NCBI GenBank assembly: GCA_951406725.2
Contig: OX597824.1
Location: forward strand, 89,280,001 to 89,344,000
Direction of reading: 5' to 3'
DNA from: Octopus vulgaris
Taxonomy: Eukaryota
Length of the DNA stretch: 64,000 nt
The notes beneath the pieces are model-generated. The model was given only the letters and a program-made list of their open reading frames with translations. It had not been told where the DNA came from and did not search any database. Position 1 is the stretch's first letter. Every line of letters begins with the position of its first letter. Made by a program: the position numbers and the translations under genes. Below, one piece after another: positions 14,274 to 28,166 of this stretch.

Positions 14274-15454
14274 ATCAAAATAAAAACATGATGCCAAGGA
14301 TTCAGCGGTACATATGTTTCGGGTTTTTATTAGACAGATTTATAACAATGCATAATGTATGTCTGTGGCCTTCTTCAGCCGCGCACAACAACTTCCACAA
14401 GGACATGTGTTACATCAAAAATTCTTGGTTGGGGATGCAAATCCTCTCATTCGCGTACGACATAATGCGGCAACAGCATAGAATTGAAGCGTCCATCTCG
14501 TTCTTCTCTCAATGTAGAATGAGGAAATTGGTTGTTGAAGTAATGTAAATAAATTAATAAATAAATACATATATAGACGTGAAGGGACCTGGTAATAAGA
14601 GTAAATAGGGGTAAAGATGGAGGGGCGAGAATTCAGGACGAAGGATAAAAAATATATAAAAAGTGTAAGTATAGAAAAGTGTAGAGTATAAAGATATAAA
14701 GAGATATAAGGAGATATAAAGGGGATATAAAGAATATAAAAAAATATAAATGAATATAAAGGTATAAAGTTATAAAGTAAAAATAGAAATAGAAATAAAA
14801 GTAAAAATAGAAATAAAAATAAAAATAAAAATAAAAATAGGAATAAAGATGATTAAAAAAATGTAAAAGAATATAAGGATAAGGGATGTATAGTGGTTAC
14901 GGACCAAACATGGTGGTCAGGAAAATTACAAAATTTAGTTGTAGAAGTTCTGGGTGTCAATAAATCAACAGGGGCGTCTGGGGACTTAGTGTATTGTAAA
15001 TCAGAGCTGTTGAGCAGCTACTCTAGTTCCTTGAATTAGGTGGTCATCTTGTACATACATACCAGCATGGATACATACACCCATATACACGCGCACATAT
15101 ACGCACGCATACACAGCTCCAAGCATATAAGCATACATACGTACTCACGTGTAAACATATACAGAAACACATATACACCCACACACATGCGCATATATAC
15201 GTACATACAACAGAATATGCGTATATATACACGGACGTTATACGTGTACATATACATATATACATATATACGCACACACGCACATACACATATACATATA
15301 CACATACACATATGCATACATATATGCACATGTATACATATACATACATACGCATATACACACACCTATATATACATACGTACGTCCATCCTTACATACG
15401 CATACACAGATGCCCACACATACAGGTTTAGATATAAGATATTAAAAGATGTAT

Positions 15455-15892
15455 ATAAGAACGCAGGACTCTGCATCATGCCACACAAGCAGGAGAACTC
15501 AATCATGGCTGTCAGACAATTTTTGCGACCACATCGCCCCTAACATCTGGCCACCCAACTCCCCGGGCTGGAACCCCCTTGATTATTATGCGTGGGGCAC
15601 AGCTGATCAAGAGACCAACAAAACTCCTTGTAACACCAAAGACGAACAGAAGGGAAGGATTATGGCGGCATTCACCAACTTAAACAAGGAAACCGTCCAG
15701 AAGAGTTGCAGGAGATTCCGAAGTCGTCTGGAGGCCATGGTTGAAGCCAATAGCGATTTTATTGAATAAATTTACTCTTTACTATTTCAAAACATTTTTA
15801 TGTAATTTTGGTAAATATATGTTAAAATGAGATGTCAGTGTTATTTTCATTTTTACGTAATTTAGACGACAACTTATTCACCGCACCCTGTA
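15455..15892 (+). mobile_element. Tc1/mariner transposase C-terminus and right TIR
   Basis: NIWPPNSPGWNPLDYYAWG...SCRRFRSRLEAMVEANSDFIE* (WPPNSPDLNPLDY motif); ends ttattcaccgcaccctgTA. Confidence 0.85.
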
Positions 15893-15938
15893 TATATACG
15901 CACATACAATTGTGTGTGTGCGTGTGTGTGTGTGTGTG

Positions 15939-15998
<60 letters not shown>

Positions 15999-17677
15999 CA
16001 TATATACATATCTGAAAACATCGACACCCAAATATGCATTTGTTTGACTCATTAGACTGCGGCCATGCTATAGCATCACCTTGGTGAATTTTAGTCGAAT
16101 GAATCGATCCAAGAACTTGTTTATGTTTTTCTTTAAAGCTTCGTACTTATTCTAATGGTCGCTTTTGCCGAACCACCAAGTTGCAGGGACGTAAACACAC
16201 CAACACCGGTTGTCAAACGGTGATGAGCGACAAAGGCACAGACACACACACACTCACGCAGGTATACATTTATATTTAACGGGCTTCTTTCAGTTTCCGT
16301 CTACTAAATCCACTCATAAGGCTTTGGTCGGCCCAAGGCTATAGTAGAAGACACTTGCCCAAGGTGCCACGCAGTGGGACTGAACCCATAGCCATGTAGT
16401 GGTGAAGCAAACTCGCCACGCAACCACGCCTGCGCCAATGTGTATGTGATATATTTCAATCTTATCAGTCGAACTATTGATAACATTAAACAATGTACGC
16501 ACCCAAACGCAGATCTGAAACAGCTGTAAGCCTATAATACATACATAAATGTATACAACCCATTATTTTTGTCTATCACATGTATATCTAACATTATGCA
16601 TAAAGATTAAATATTATTGCTTAACATTAAACATTAGTGGCAGGGATGAATATTTTGTAGATATTTATAAGTTATTTCCGTGTAGCATCGTTCTTGATGC
16701 AGCTAGAATATTTTCAGTATCTCAGAGTATAATTCATAAATCTTTGAAAATAGCATAAATGGTTGTGACACATAGAAAAGAAGTAAAGAAGTTAATATAG
16801 ATACATTACAATATACATTCGTATTCTATACATAATAATCTGTTGGCGAGGTTCTTTGATTTTGGAAATCTGGTCAACCTTTACCAGCGGCTGTTATAAT
16901 GCAACTAGTTTTAGTAAAAGTAGATTGATTAAGATGAACATCGGTGTTCTCGTTTATGTTGATGGGATTTGCTATGAAGCAGATGAGAATATATTAAAAC
17001 AAATGAAAACCACAGGTAATATGTAATCTAGAAGAACTTCTGACTTGCGTCAACGACGACAACGCCATCCCCTTTACTAGACTGGCCTTGTGTGGAGGCT
17101 TTTAGAAATTCGACAGGACAAAAACAAAACTTGTCGAAGGATGAACGTAACGAGGGATCAACTAATCGTTATCGAGCAACAGCGCGGGATAAACGTAAAT
17201 TAGTATCGGCGGTTATCTAGAAATAACACACGATGAACGTAACGAAGGATTAACAGGTCTCCAGTAGCGTAGGATCTCCAGTGACTTAAAAATCGTTTGC
17301 ATTGTGAACGGGCAGGTCCTCACAGTGATGGATCGAATCCTGCTCTTCAGCTAAGGTGTAAGCAGAATGCTTGTGGAAATGTCACCCCATATAAAAAAAC
17401 CTGTTGGGACAAAATCAATCTTTGATATATGACTATTTGTAATGCACAAAGATCTCAGATTTGCTTTGTTTTTTGGTGGCTTATAAACACACACACACAC
17501 ACCACAAACAGACACACACAGACAATCAGACACACACACACACACACACGCACACACTTTAATTTTATTCTTTTGTTTTAGTCCATTTTTCCTTGCTTGC
17601 CCTTTCCATGAAAAAGATAACAGATTTTATTGATTCCATCGACCTGGAAAATATAAACAGACATACGCGCGCGCGCG

Positions 17678-17712
<35 letters not shown>

Positions 17713-17881
17713 GGTAAAGCCAGTCGCCACATCAAAGTGGCTGTTGAATGTTACTACTAGTTTAACCCTAGGCAGATTCTCCACCAGCTGGTTATCGGTG
17801 CAACGTACTGCACTCTTTATATACAATATACCGTTAGCAGTGGGAGCAAACCCCTACTTTCCTCCAGCAGCTAACAGGATC

Positions 17882-17926
17882 GCGGGACTGACTCAGTTTC
17901 GAGCCATTTGGCTCATCATCAGCGGC
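17882..17926 (-). ncRNA. Minimal type-I hammerhead ribozyme motif
   Basis: gccg CTGATGA t GAGCC-AAAT-GGCTC GAAA CTGAGTCAG TC^ ccgc. Palindromic stem III, one mismatch in stem I. Lies in the spacer of an inverted repeat (arms about 17713-17828 and 17935-18052). Confidence 0.7.
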
Positions 17927-18650
17927 TAACAATAAATTGTATATAAAGAGTGCAGAACGTTGCCCCGATAACAAGCCGGAGGAGAATCCGCCTGGGACTA
18001 AACTAGTACTAACATTGATCGGCTACTTAAATGTGGATACTCGCTTTACTGTTTAGTGTACGTTACTATTCTATCACTTCTTCAGATTTTATAACTAGCT
18101 GGCGGCCTTCTTCAAGTAAACATGTTTCTTCCTGCGCTCGTGAAAAAAAATTTTTTTTTCCTCGTCTAGGCTTATAGGCCCTCATTATTTGTTTTCCTGT
18201 CCTGTTTCTATTCCTTCTTGTACTGTATTTTTTGTAATTGTATTTTTATTTTGTAATTGTTTTTAATTGTATTGTTTTTACGCCCTGTTTTGTCACATTT
18301 TTTTCCTTGTTTTTACCCCTCTGCAAAGGAATTTTATTTAATTCTTTCGCAGGAAGGACTAGTTCGACGAGACGTGTTCTGTCCTTACCTTCGAAACACG
18401 CTGGAGTTGAATAAGGGACAGCTGATGAAGGGGATTTTTCCTTGTGTAGTTGTCTTGTACTCTGTTTTTTCGTTGTTAAAAAATGGTCCGTTCCATGCTG
18501 TTTTTACTTTTTCGTTTCTCGTTGAGTTCTACGTCTATTTGTGGTGTCCTGTACACACGTATATATATTTATATATGCATGTATATATACATGTAGATGT
18601 AGGTACGTACATATATGTTTGTATGTATGCATATATTTTATTTATTACAC

Positions 18651-18707
<57 letters not shown>

Positions 18708-19424
18708 ACCGGCCGAAACTGCAACGACGATCTGGTACTCGACTGAAAATTGAAAACTCTGAATGACCCATCCATGTCTTTTCCTATCCTTTTTATGTAT
18801 CGTCTAACTGTCCGAATGTTTTGTTGTCGCCTGTTGCGTTCTTGTTCTATTTTTTGTTTTGTTTATATATATATATATATGAATACCCTTACCTTGAATT
18901 CAACATTACTTGGCTATGTTTTCAATGTCTTTCAATTGCCAGGGTTTAATGAAAATTATTTAATAAAGAAATTTTATTTTTCTGTTTTGTTTTTTCTATG
19001 ATAGAATTTTAATTTAAATATTGTATAGAATAAAGAATAAAGAATTCAGTGAAAAAATCAAACGATGTTTGTTTTCGCTTACACACACAAACGCAGAGAC
19101 ATCTGTGTGTCTGTATGTCTTTCTATGTTTGTATGTATACGTGGAATACCTTCATATGTAGCGTTCAATACATAACACAAGTGTAGAATTTCTCATTTTG
19201 TGTTTAAAAGTTTGCACTGCAATAGATGATCGATCTTTTCAAAACCCTAGTCGTCCCCCGGTGAGGATACAAATCATTGTGTGTGTGACGGAGAGAGAGA
19301 GAGAAAGAGAGCTATTTCATTTGCCACTTTGATGTGATCCGTTACTGCTCTATCCCTTCTAGAGATTATATAAGTAGTTATTTTGCTTCTTGTAAATCAG
19401 TGACCAATGGTCACTTTGTTTACA

Positions 19425-19650
19425 ATGGCGGCCAGTTCTGGCATTTGTATAACACTCAATGCCGAAATTAGATACTAGCCCTTCTAAGATTTTCCATATG
19501 TATATTATTGCATATCTCTTACGCCTTCGCTCCAGAGAGCAAAGGTGTACTTTTCTCAGCCTATCCCTGTAGCTCATCCGCTGCACTGTTCCAACCTTTT
19601 TAGTGTAGTGGTGTTGGCCTGCTTCAAGCGCCGCTGTTAGTTTCAACCAA
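19425..19650 (-). mobile_element. CR1/L2-like LINE ORF2 C-terminal fragment
   Basis: MSYRDRLRKVHLCSLERRRKRYAIIYIWKILEGLV matches the Y..RL..L.L.SLE.RR...I...KI..G pattern. Confidence 0.7.
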
Positions 19651-19849
19651 GTTGGTACAATCGTATCTGATCCTTCAACTGCTTTCATTCTCTGTATGTA
19701 CGTTTGTTTTCTAGGTTTCTGACATTTAGCAATGATTACTCCGATTGTGTTGATGCCTCATTTTCTATCATTAATAAAAATGCCAACCGTTTTGACGACA
19801 CGGGTATACTAGCATTGTACTAAAAGATATGAATTATTTATTTATACAG

Positions 19850-19918
19850 AAAAAAGGAAACGGAGAGGTCGTGCAGGCAGTTATAAGTTTGGGTCCAGTT
19901 GATACCCCACAGGAAAAG
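19850..19918 (+). CDS. Three-domain cystatin, coding exon 2
   Basis: tttatttatacag|AAA...AAG|gtaaga; 23 codons, KKGNGEVVQAVISLGPVDTPQEK. Phase 0/0; size and position match exon 4 of domain 2. Confidence 0.75.
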
Positions 19919-20300
19919 GTAAGACTGTGAAGTTCCTTAGTTTTTCTTCATTCAAATATGTTTCCGTATCGTAAAGTTTAATATAATATACATACATGCA
20001 TGTGTGTGTATATGCGTGCGTCCATGTGTGCGTGTGTGTGTGCGCGCGCGTGCATGCATGTGCGTGTGTTTGTATGTTTGTATGTGAGTGTGTGCGCGCA
20101 TATGTGAGTGTGTGCGCGCATATGTGTGTGTGTGCGTGTATGTATGTAAGTATGTTTGTAAGTGTGTATATGCAATGTGGTGTTGAGACGCTTGTAACTA
20201 ACGAATTAAAAGTAATGTCATAAATTCTACTTTACTTTTTAACCTGTGTGTATCTATGTGTATGTGTGTATGTGTATATATATATATATATATATCTGTC

Positions 20301-20359
<59 letters not shown>

Positions 20360-20703
20360 AATATAAGTTAATATAGGATGTGCTCCAGCATGGCCGCAGT
20401 CAAATGACTGAAACAAATAAAAGACTAAAAGAATATATATATATACGTTGATATATATTTATATTTTAGAAGGTTGAATGCGAATTCGTCCTTTAACTGG
20501 AGTAATTTCCAAAAAGATTTCTAACGTTGTCTCTTTATATTTTACTTTGAATTTACTGTTGTAAATTAGCGTGGATATGAAAAGTTATATAGATATATTA
20601 AATATATGATTTAATTTATTAAATAAAGTTCAACAAATTATATTCATATTTTACTTAAACGGGGGAGATTAGATGTTAATTTGTTAGTTTCTTTATTCAT
20701 GTA

Positions 20704-20782
20704 TCTATGCGATCGTTTCATACAGAAAGACAATAAATTCATTTTAAGAATCTGAATTGTCAAAAAGTACTCGTCAGTAGCT
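20704..20782 (-). ncRNA. Hammerhead ribozyme motif (U16.1 mutated)
   Basis: gcta CTGACGA GTAC...GTAT GAAA CGATCG CA TAG. Inverted partner of 20908-20985. Confidence 0.6.
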
Positions 20783-20907
20783 AAAAATTAGAAAAAAGCT
20801 AAAAGCTAAAAAGACGTTAAATTACACAGGTACGGTGTTATTACTCCTTTTTGTAATGTGTAATTGTTCTTGAAGTCATGTCGTTTTAGCTTCTTTCTTA
20901 TTTATTG

Positions 20908-20985
20908 GCTACTGACGAGTACTTTTTGACAACCCAGATTCTTAAAATGAATTTATTGTCTTTCTGTACGAAACGATTGTATACT
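20908..20985 (+). ncRNA. Hammerhead ribozyme motif (stem I weakened)
   Basis: gcta CTGACGA GTAC...gacaa...ttgtc...GTAC GAAA CGATTG TA^ TAC. The consensus of the two inverted copies is a complete HHR. Confidence 0.65.
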
Positions 20986-21101
20986 ACACGAAGAAAAAAG
21001 AAATTATCATCCATATTAACATCTAATCTCTTCCATTTAGGTTAAACAAGAACGAATTTGTTGAACTCTGTTTAATAAGTTAAATCATATACATAATGTA
21101 C

Positions 21102-21153
<52 letters not shown>

Positions 21154-21172
21154 ATGTATGTATATATATCTA

Positions 21173-21232
<60 letters not shown>

Positions 21233-21849
21233 TATACATATATACACACACACATATAGACATATACAAAGGCATACATATATATGTGTGTGTGTTTGCG
21301 AGTGTGTGTGTGTGCTAGACATACGAGTCGACCGACATGCCCAAAGTAAAGAGACCGAGCGCAAAGCAAATATGCTCGACGTCTCTGTTTCATGTCACAT
21401 TCAGGTGTGTAAACTACGAGACCTTTAATCAGCAGCAGCAGTGAACGGACTACTGTACAATGCAAATTATATTGGAAGAGCTGCGATGTGTTTATATACA
21501 TAATGTATGCACACACTTACATACATTTACTGTCTCTGGCTGAGGCCGAGTTATTTGTTTTTGTTACGTTTTGTTTCTGGTGCGAGAAGGTGACATATGT
21601 ACTAGAAAAGCCTTTGATAGTTTGCTAATTAATTAGTTCATTATTTATTATTCAGTTAATTGTTTGTTTTATATTATAAGTGCTGAAAAATTGCATGATT
21701 GATTATTGGATTACAACAAACCAGTCGCTGATTTTTTGTAATTATGTAAAAGAGTGTCCCTATCTTGGGGCGGAACAAATATTGCAAAGGATTTCATTCA
21801 AAGACCACCGGATTCTTGGCTCCCTCAAGGTTGTTTACATCTTATACAC

Positions 21850-21880
<31 letters not shown>

Positions 21881-21934
21881 TGGGATAGGGCGCCAGAATT
21901 ACTGCAGGCACAATAATTCTATGAAGTAAATCTA

Positions 21935-21967
<33 letters not shown>

Positions 21968-22055
21968 GTGCGTGTGTGTGTGTATGTATATAAAATTAAC
22001 AGAATGAGATAAAATTTCAAGGCTGTGAAAGATTTCAGAACATTTATAAAAGAAG

Positions 22056-22103
22056 GTCTTACAGCTGTTTCTGGGATATTTTATATATTCCTTCATCGGA
22101 GAC
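22056..22103 (-). ncRNA. Hammerhead ribozyme motif, CCGAUGA core variant
   Basis: gtct CCGATGA A GGAATATATAAAATATCCC A GAAA CAGCTG TA^ agac. Stem I gtct/agac; palindromic stem III. Confidence 0.7.
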
Positions 22104-22211
22104 TGTGCGAGAAGATGGTTAAGCAATAGTTATTCTGCTTTCATTCCTTCACTTCACTCTCTATTTCATATCTTCTCTAGAATAACTATTGCTTAACCAC
22201 TTTCTCCCACA

Positions 22212-22259
22212 GTCTCCGATAAAGGGATATATAAAATAACCCGGAAACAGCTGTAAGAC
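22212..22259 (+). ncRNA. Hammerhead ribozyme motif, core mutated (CCGATAA)
   Basis: Inverted partner of 22056-22103: gtct CCGATAA AGGG...CCCG GAAA CAGCTG TA agac. Confidence 0.55.
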
Positions 22260-22654
22260 CTCTTTATAAATCTCCTGAAATTTTTCACTGCCTTGGATTC
22301 TTATCTCATTCTGTTAATTTTTATATATATATGCATGGTAATATACGACCTACGGTGGACTCCCCATTCGCATAATCACATGTACATTATTTATGGCAGA
22401 AGGTTACCATTTTTATCATGCATTCATGTCCCTTAACAATTATCAAACTTGCCAGGTAAAACACCAGCGCTCATAACCATCATGTTCCACGTGGCAGCCT
22501 TTGATAATCAATGCGGTATCTCTCGTAACATGAAACCAATGTTAGCCATCACCCATATATAAAGAATTTTTATCCACCAATTCGCTATTGAGTACTCATT
22601 CTCATTCTTCGATATTAACAAGTGAATGTGTGACCGTGTGTCTGTGAGTGTATG

Positions 22655-22714
<60 letters not shown>

Positions 22715-22715
<1 letters not shown>

Positions 22716-23087
22716 TAGCAGTATCGCCTGGCGTTGCTCGGGTTTATTTCGACCCTTTAGAATTGGAATTTTTGAAAAGTAAAACTTTTGCATTATGTAG
22801 CTTGTTATTCTCTTTAAGTGAACATTTTTGTAGTTGAAATATACCGAAAGATGGCGACACAGCAGTTAAAAAATCGTAAAAAATAGGGATTTTCATAGAA
22901 AAACAAAGCACCTTTTTGATGTAAATAATTTTTCGTGTTAACATAGTCCGATTTGAATTTTTTCTTCTACGGAAGGAAGAGCAAGCCTTCTTTTATCATA
23001 CTCTCAATTTTGGTCAACTTGCGCCGCAGAGTCTCGGACGAGATAGTGTTAGTTGAAGGCTACCAAACCTACCATACACAAACAACT

Positions 23088-23100
<13 letters not shown>
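22715..23100 (-). mobile_element. Non-autonomous Helitron
   Basis: - strand 3' end is the hairpin CCCGAGCAACGCCAGG followed by CTAG|t. Near-identical family member at 46594-46974. Confidence 0.7.
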
Positions 23101-23164
<64 letters not shown>

Positions 23165-23185
23165 ATATACATAAATATATGTATG

Positions 23186-23239
<54 letters not shown>

Positions 23240-23240
<1 letters not shown>

Positions 23241-23543
23241 TAGCAGTGTCACCCGGCGTTGCTCGGGTTTGTAAGGGAAATAACTATATAAGCATTTTTA
23301 GAGAGTTACTTCCCTTACATAACCCGAGCAAAAATCATTAAAAATGCGGAAAAATGATGGTAAAATTTTTTTAGATCGTAGACTCATCGTAGACGCGCGC
23401 TAATACCCAAAAGGGCTCGATATGAATGACGACTATAAGATTTCCGCTTTTGGTTAAACTGCACCGCAAAATGTGGGAGTAGTTAGGAATCTAAAGGAGG
23501 AGACAGAGTCTCACACACACAACTTGAATTTTATATATAAAGA
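23240..23543 (-). mobile_element. Non-autonomous Helitron
   Basis: - strand starts a|TCTTTATATATAAAA and ends CCCGAGCAACGCCGGG..CTAG|t; inserted between A and T with no TSD. Confidence 0.75.
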
Positions 23544-23704
23544 TATAACACTGTTTCTGTTAATCATGCTTCTGTTTTCAACATGTCGCACCCGTTGTTA
23601 TTATTTAATCTCTGTTATCAGTATTATTGTCATTGTTTTGCTTTCTGTAAAATCCCCACCACCACCACCACCACACTATTTACGCAGTTTAATAATCATT
23701 TCAG

Positions 23705-23941
23705 GTTTACGACTGTAAATTCACAGTCTCTGAATCAACCAGCGACAGCCACCAAAAGACCTTGGAGAAATTCAGTTGCGAGGCTTTCGACGTACCCTAC
23801 AACGCAGCCCCACCAGGAGGTTGGCACCTTCTTTCAGTCAATAATGACGATGTACAGGGCTCTATCGGTCTCGTGAACAATTCCTTGCAAGGCAGAAATC
23901 CATCTCTACAGATTCTTAGTATCAACAAAGTTGAATCCCAG
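23705..23941 (+). CDS. Three-domain cystatin, coding exon 3 (end of D1, start of D2)
   Basis: cattttcag|GTT...CAG|gcaggt; 79 codons, VYDCKFTVSESTSDSHQKTLEKFSCEAFDVPYNAAPPGGWHLLSVNNDDVQGSIGLVNNSLQGRNPSLQILSINKVESQ. Contains a C...C pair, the GG-W N-terminal motif and the Q of QxVxG. Confidence 0.85.
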
Positions 23942-24156
23942 GCAGGTTTTTTTTATATTCTCTTATTTTTACTTGTTTCAGACATTGGACAGTCGATCCC
24001 AGTAATTTTTAAGCGCCGTACTTGTTCTATTGGTCTCACTAAGTTTCGGGGACGTAAATACATCAACACCGGTTGTCAAGCGGGACAAACGCAGATTCAA
24101 ACACCCTTCATTGGCTACGGAGCTATGGGTTAAAGGCAAAGAGTGAAATTTAAAAA

Positions 24157-24189
<33 letters not shown>

Positions 24190-24206
24190 TAATAATATAT
24201 ACACAA

Positions 24207-24254
<48 letters not shown>

Positions 24255-24386
24255 GTACGCACACTTACACACGCACAAAATCTCTTGGTGTATACATGTA
24301 TAGGTCAGTTGTTACCGACGAAAGAGATGAGAGGCACATTAAGCATAGGGAGGAGGGAGAAGAAAGGTTATATATATATATGTATG

Positions 24387-24525
<139 letters not shown>

Positions 24526-24554
24526 ATATACATGTATATATATATATATATATA

Positions 24555-24651
<97 letters not shown>

Positions 24652-25310
24652 TATTGAACCTGGGAGGGGCATTATGCTGGTAATGATAAACACACGCATT
24701 GGTTCGGTCCTTTATTGTCATTGTTAGTTGATGGGTCAGTTTCTCCACTAACTAATTTATCGATTAGCCGTTTTTTACTAGTTTTCGAAACTCATATGCT
24801 AAACGCTATGGTCAAACAATTAATCGATAGTTCAAATGTTCAGTATTGTTCGTATTGTCATTTCTTTCTTTATTATTTTTTGTCAAATAATGATTTCATC
24901 GCATTATTTTAATCTCTTCAGTGACACGTCTCTACTTCCATTTCTTTTGAACTTATGGGATTCGTCCGAGATCTGTCCGAGATGAGTATGTGAGTGTGTG
25001 TATGTCTGTATGTGAGTTTATACGGAAATGTGTGCATCCGTATATGTGTTTGTGTGTGTGTGTTTAAATACTGACTATGTCATTTTTCATATACCTAAGA
25101 TAACCGTTTTGGTTTTCTCTTTGTTTTCTTTGCAAACGCACTCGTTCTTCCATATTACGTTTCTCTCAAAGACACGGAAACTGTCTTCTTTGTTTGATAA
25201 ATGTTGAATAAATTGTAGCCTATCTGTGCTTGAGCATCAACATGCGTATGCGTGCGCGTGTCAGTCGGTGTATGGGAGGGCATGTGTGTACGAGCGTGTG
25301 TGTCTGTGTT

Positions 25311-25397
<87 letters not shown>

Positions 25398-25449
25398 ATC
25401 CATGGCTAAGGCCTCTGCCGAATGAGAGTATTTACTATTCAAAACCGGT

Positions 25450-26010
25450 CGTGTTTCGTTTATGGAAACTGACTCTCGTACCTGTCATAGCGATGCGTCT
25501 TCAGACAGGATTTCCATGTTAATTCGGTTCAGCATACCACTATATTGTTCTTTGGCATGCTGGTAGAGTATCAATGTTTGTCTTTGATCCCTGTACTCCT
25601 TCCAACGTCCATTTATAATCTCGGCCAAATTTGTTGCCGTTTCACCTACGTATGCAGTCTTCCGGTTTTTACTATCACCATCCATGCAGTTTATTCGGTA
25701 AACTACATTTCTGGTTTTGCAGTTGACACCAGGGCTATATTTGCACACTACATTATTCTCCTCTACACACGTGGTCTTTCTGAAGGGTATATTTTGCATA
25801 TTATTGACCTGATGGATCTCCCTGGTTTTTCCATGACTTTTATGTTTAACTTAGATTTTTCTAAATCTGCGGGCTAGCTCTCCGTGTCGTGTGACTTCTA
25901 CAAACATCATCCGTTGGAACTTGTCGGCATTGTACCACGTGTTCTTTTCGTTTATTTTATCATAAATCCTCCGTATTTTATTCCACTGCTTACTAAAGTA
26001 CATAGTGAAT
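25450..26010 (-). mobile_element. Decayed Penelope-like element (linker + GIY-YIG endonuclease)
   Basis: WYNADKF..MFVEVTRHGELARRF... then C...C...NCKTRNVVYRINC...AYVGETATNL...LYQHAKE (VVY/YVG variant of GIY-YIG). Interrupted by a stop codon. Confidence 0.75.
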
Positions 26011-26015
26011 TCTCC

Positions 26016-26067
<52 letters not shown>

Positions 26068-26161
26068 GATCCAAACAAGAAAGCACAAAAAACACAACAA
26101 CGCGAGGACGTGGAACAAATATAGTATTATTGGACGCTCAGGAAAGAAGGAAAGGAGGAGG

Positions 26162-26196
26162 GTTTAACGTTTCGAGCGGAGCTCTTCGTCGGAAAC
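26162..26196 (-). ncRNA. Ultra-minimal hammerhead motif
   Basis: gttt CCGACGA A GAGC-TCC-GCTC GAAA CG TT^ aaac. Stem III is reduced to the palindrome AACGTT. Confidence 0.6.
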
Positions 26197-26821
26197 ATAG
26201 GAGAAGGAAAGATCCAGAGAAGGGAAGACAGAGGAAAAAAATCGCCAACGATACACACGAGGTCACATTACGCTCTCTGTCAATACATATGTATAAAATC
26301 ATAACTACAGTATTAGACCTTTTTAACTATTATTTCTAGCAATGTATGTGTTCTAACACCCTAGTCACATTTAGTGAGAATTGTAGTTTTCCTTTTTGGT
26401 AAGACATTGTAAACTGCTGTCTATATTGAATCATTACACACACACACTAATATATATAGAATATATATACATATGTGTGTGTGTAGATACAGAGATTGAT
26501 AGAGAAATATATATATATGTGTGTATGTGTGTGTATATATGTATGTATATGTGTATCCATCTCTCTATAAGTGTATGTGTGCGCAAGTTTCTACGCATTT
26601 TATTAGGTTTGTTCACTGAAATGCTTCAGACCGTAAAATCAATGTCGGTTATTTTATTTCATTTGTCCCTCTTTTTCATTATTCCCAATGAATCGTAAAA
26701 TGATTATCCTATCACTAAGTTTCTAAATAAGCCTTGTCGTCGTTGCTTATATCGCCTCAACGCTCCAATGGATAAGTCAACCCCCGAATAACGGCAGATA
26801 TATCTATACGCTTATGTATAT

Positions 26822-26970
<149 letters not shown>

Positions 26971-26981
26971 TCTACACACAG

Positions 26982-27037
<56 letters not shown>

Positions 27038-27049
27038 TATATGTGTGTC

Positions 27050-27114
<65 letters not shown>

Positions 27115-27125
27115 CTGTGTGTAGA

Positions 27126-27165
<40 letters not shown>

Positions 27166-27316
27166 GCGCAGGACTGGGTTTATGGTAGGTAGCTTGCTTA
27201 CCAACCACATGGTTCCGGGTTCAGTCCCACTGAGTGGCACCTTGGGCAAATGTCATCTACTATAGCCTGGGGCCGACCAAAGCCTTGTGAGTAGACGGAA
27301 ACTGAAAGAAGCCCTT

Positions 27317-27362
<46 letters not shown>

Positions 27363-27367
27363 CATAC

Positions 27368-27438
<71 letters not shown>

Positions 27439-27463
27439 CATACATATATATATACATATACAT

Positions 27464-27495
<32 letters not shown>

Positions 27496-28135
27496 CACGC
27501 TTATTTCGTTCATTCCACTCTTCGTTCTTTCGTTCCCCCTCTCTCACATTTCCTTCTCTTCTCTTCATGCTCACTTTCCCTCCTCTTTTCACTTCACTGT
27601 ATTCCTGTCATTTTTTCTCGCCCTCCTTATTTCTTCTGTCCCTCTGCCTCTACCTCTTTCTCTTTCCCCACGTGACCGGTGTTCGGCCAAGCCTGACCTT
27701 TCTTTCTTGGTTCGGTCGCCGTCCGTGCAACATCTCTATTCCTCCCTGTGCCTGTGAAATCTTGTATCCCTTCAGTAAGGCTTTACTTCCACACATGCCT
27801 GCTTAATTTAATTCGTCCTTAGTCGAAAGACACCTGTTGTCATATCCTATTATTTGTATTTGTGTAACATTCTCCATTTTCCCGTCCTTGTTTTCGTATA
27901 CATTCGCTGCTTTTTTCCAAGGAATCTAATGCTCTTAGCTTAGTTTTTCCTTGGCTGGCCAGATTGGACAATCTCGGGTATAACCAGCCGAAATTGCAAA
28001 GATAATCTGGAACTCGACTGAGGAAAGAAAACTCCAAATGACCCGTCCTTGTTTTCTTTATATCGTCTATCTGGATGTTTTGTTGTCCCTTTTTTGTATC
28101 ACCTAACTGATGTTTTGCGTTCTTGTCCCATTTTG

Positions 28136-28166
<31 letters not shown>

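Noticed and set aside
14300-14340. Hammerhead in the family at 14300 and 30080 (CTAATAA...GAAACATATGTA, - strand)
   Set aside because: The core is doubly altered and stems I and II do not pair; at most a fossil.
16935-17016. Possible extra cystatin exon (ends ACAG|gtaat)
   Set aside because: No good acceptor, phase incompatible with the phase-0 chain, and no cystatin similarity.
18415-18460. CTGATGA followed by a hairpin
   Set aside because: No GAAA or UH cleavage site after the stem.
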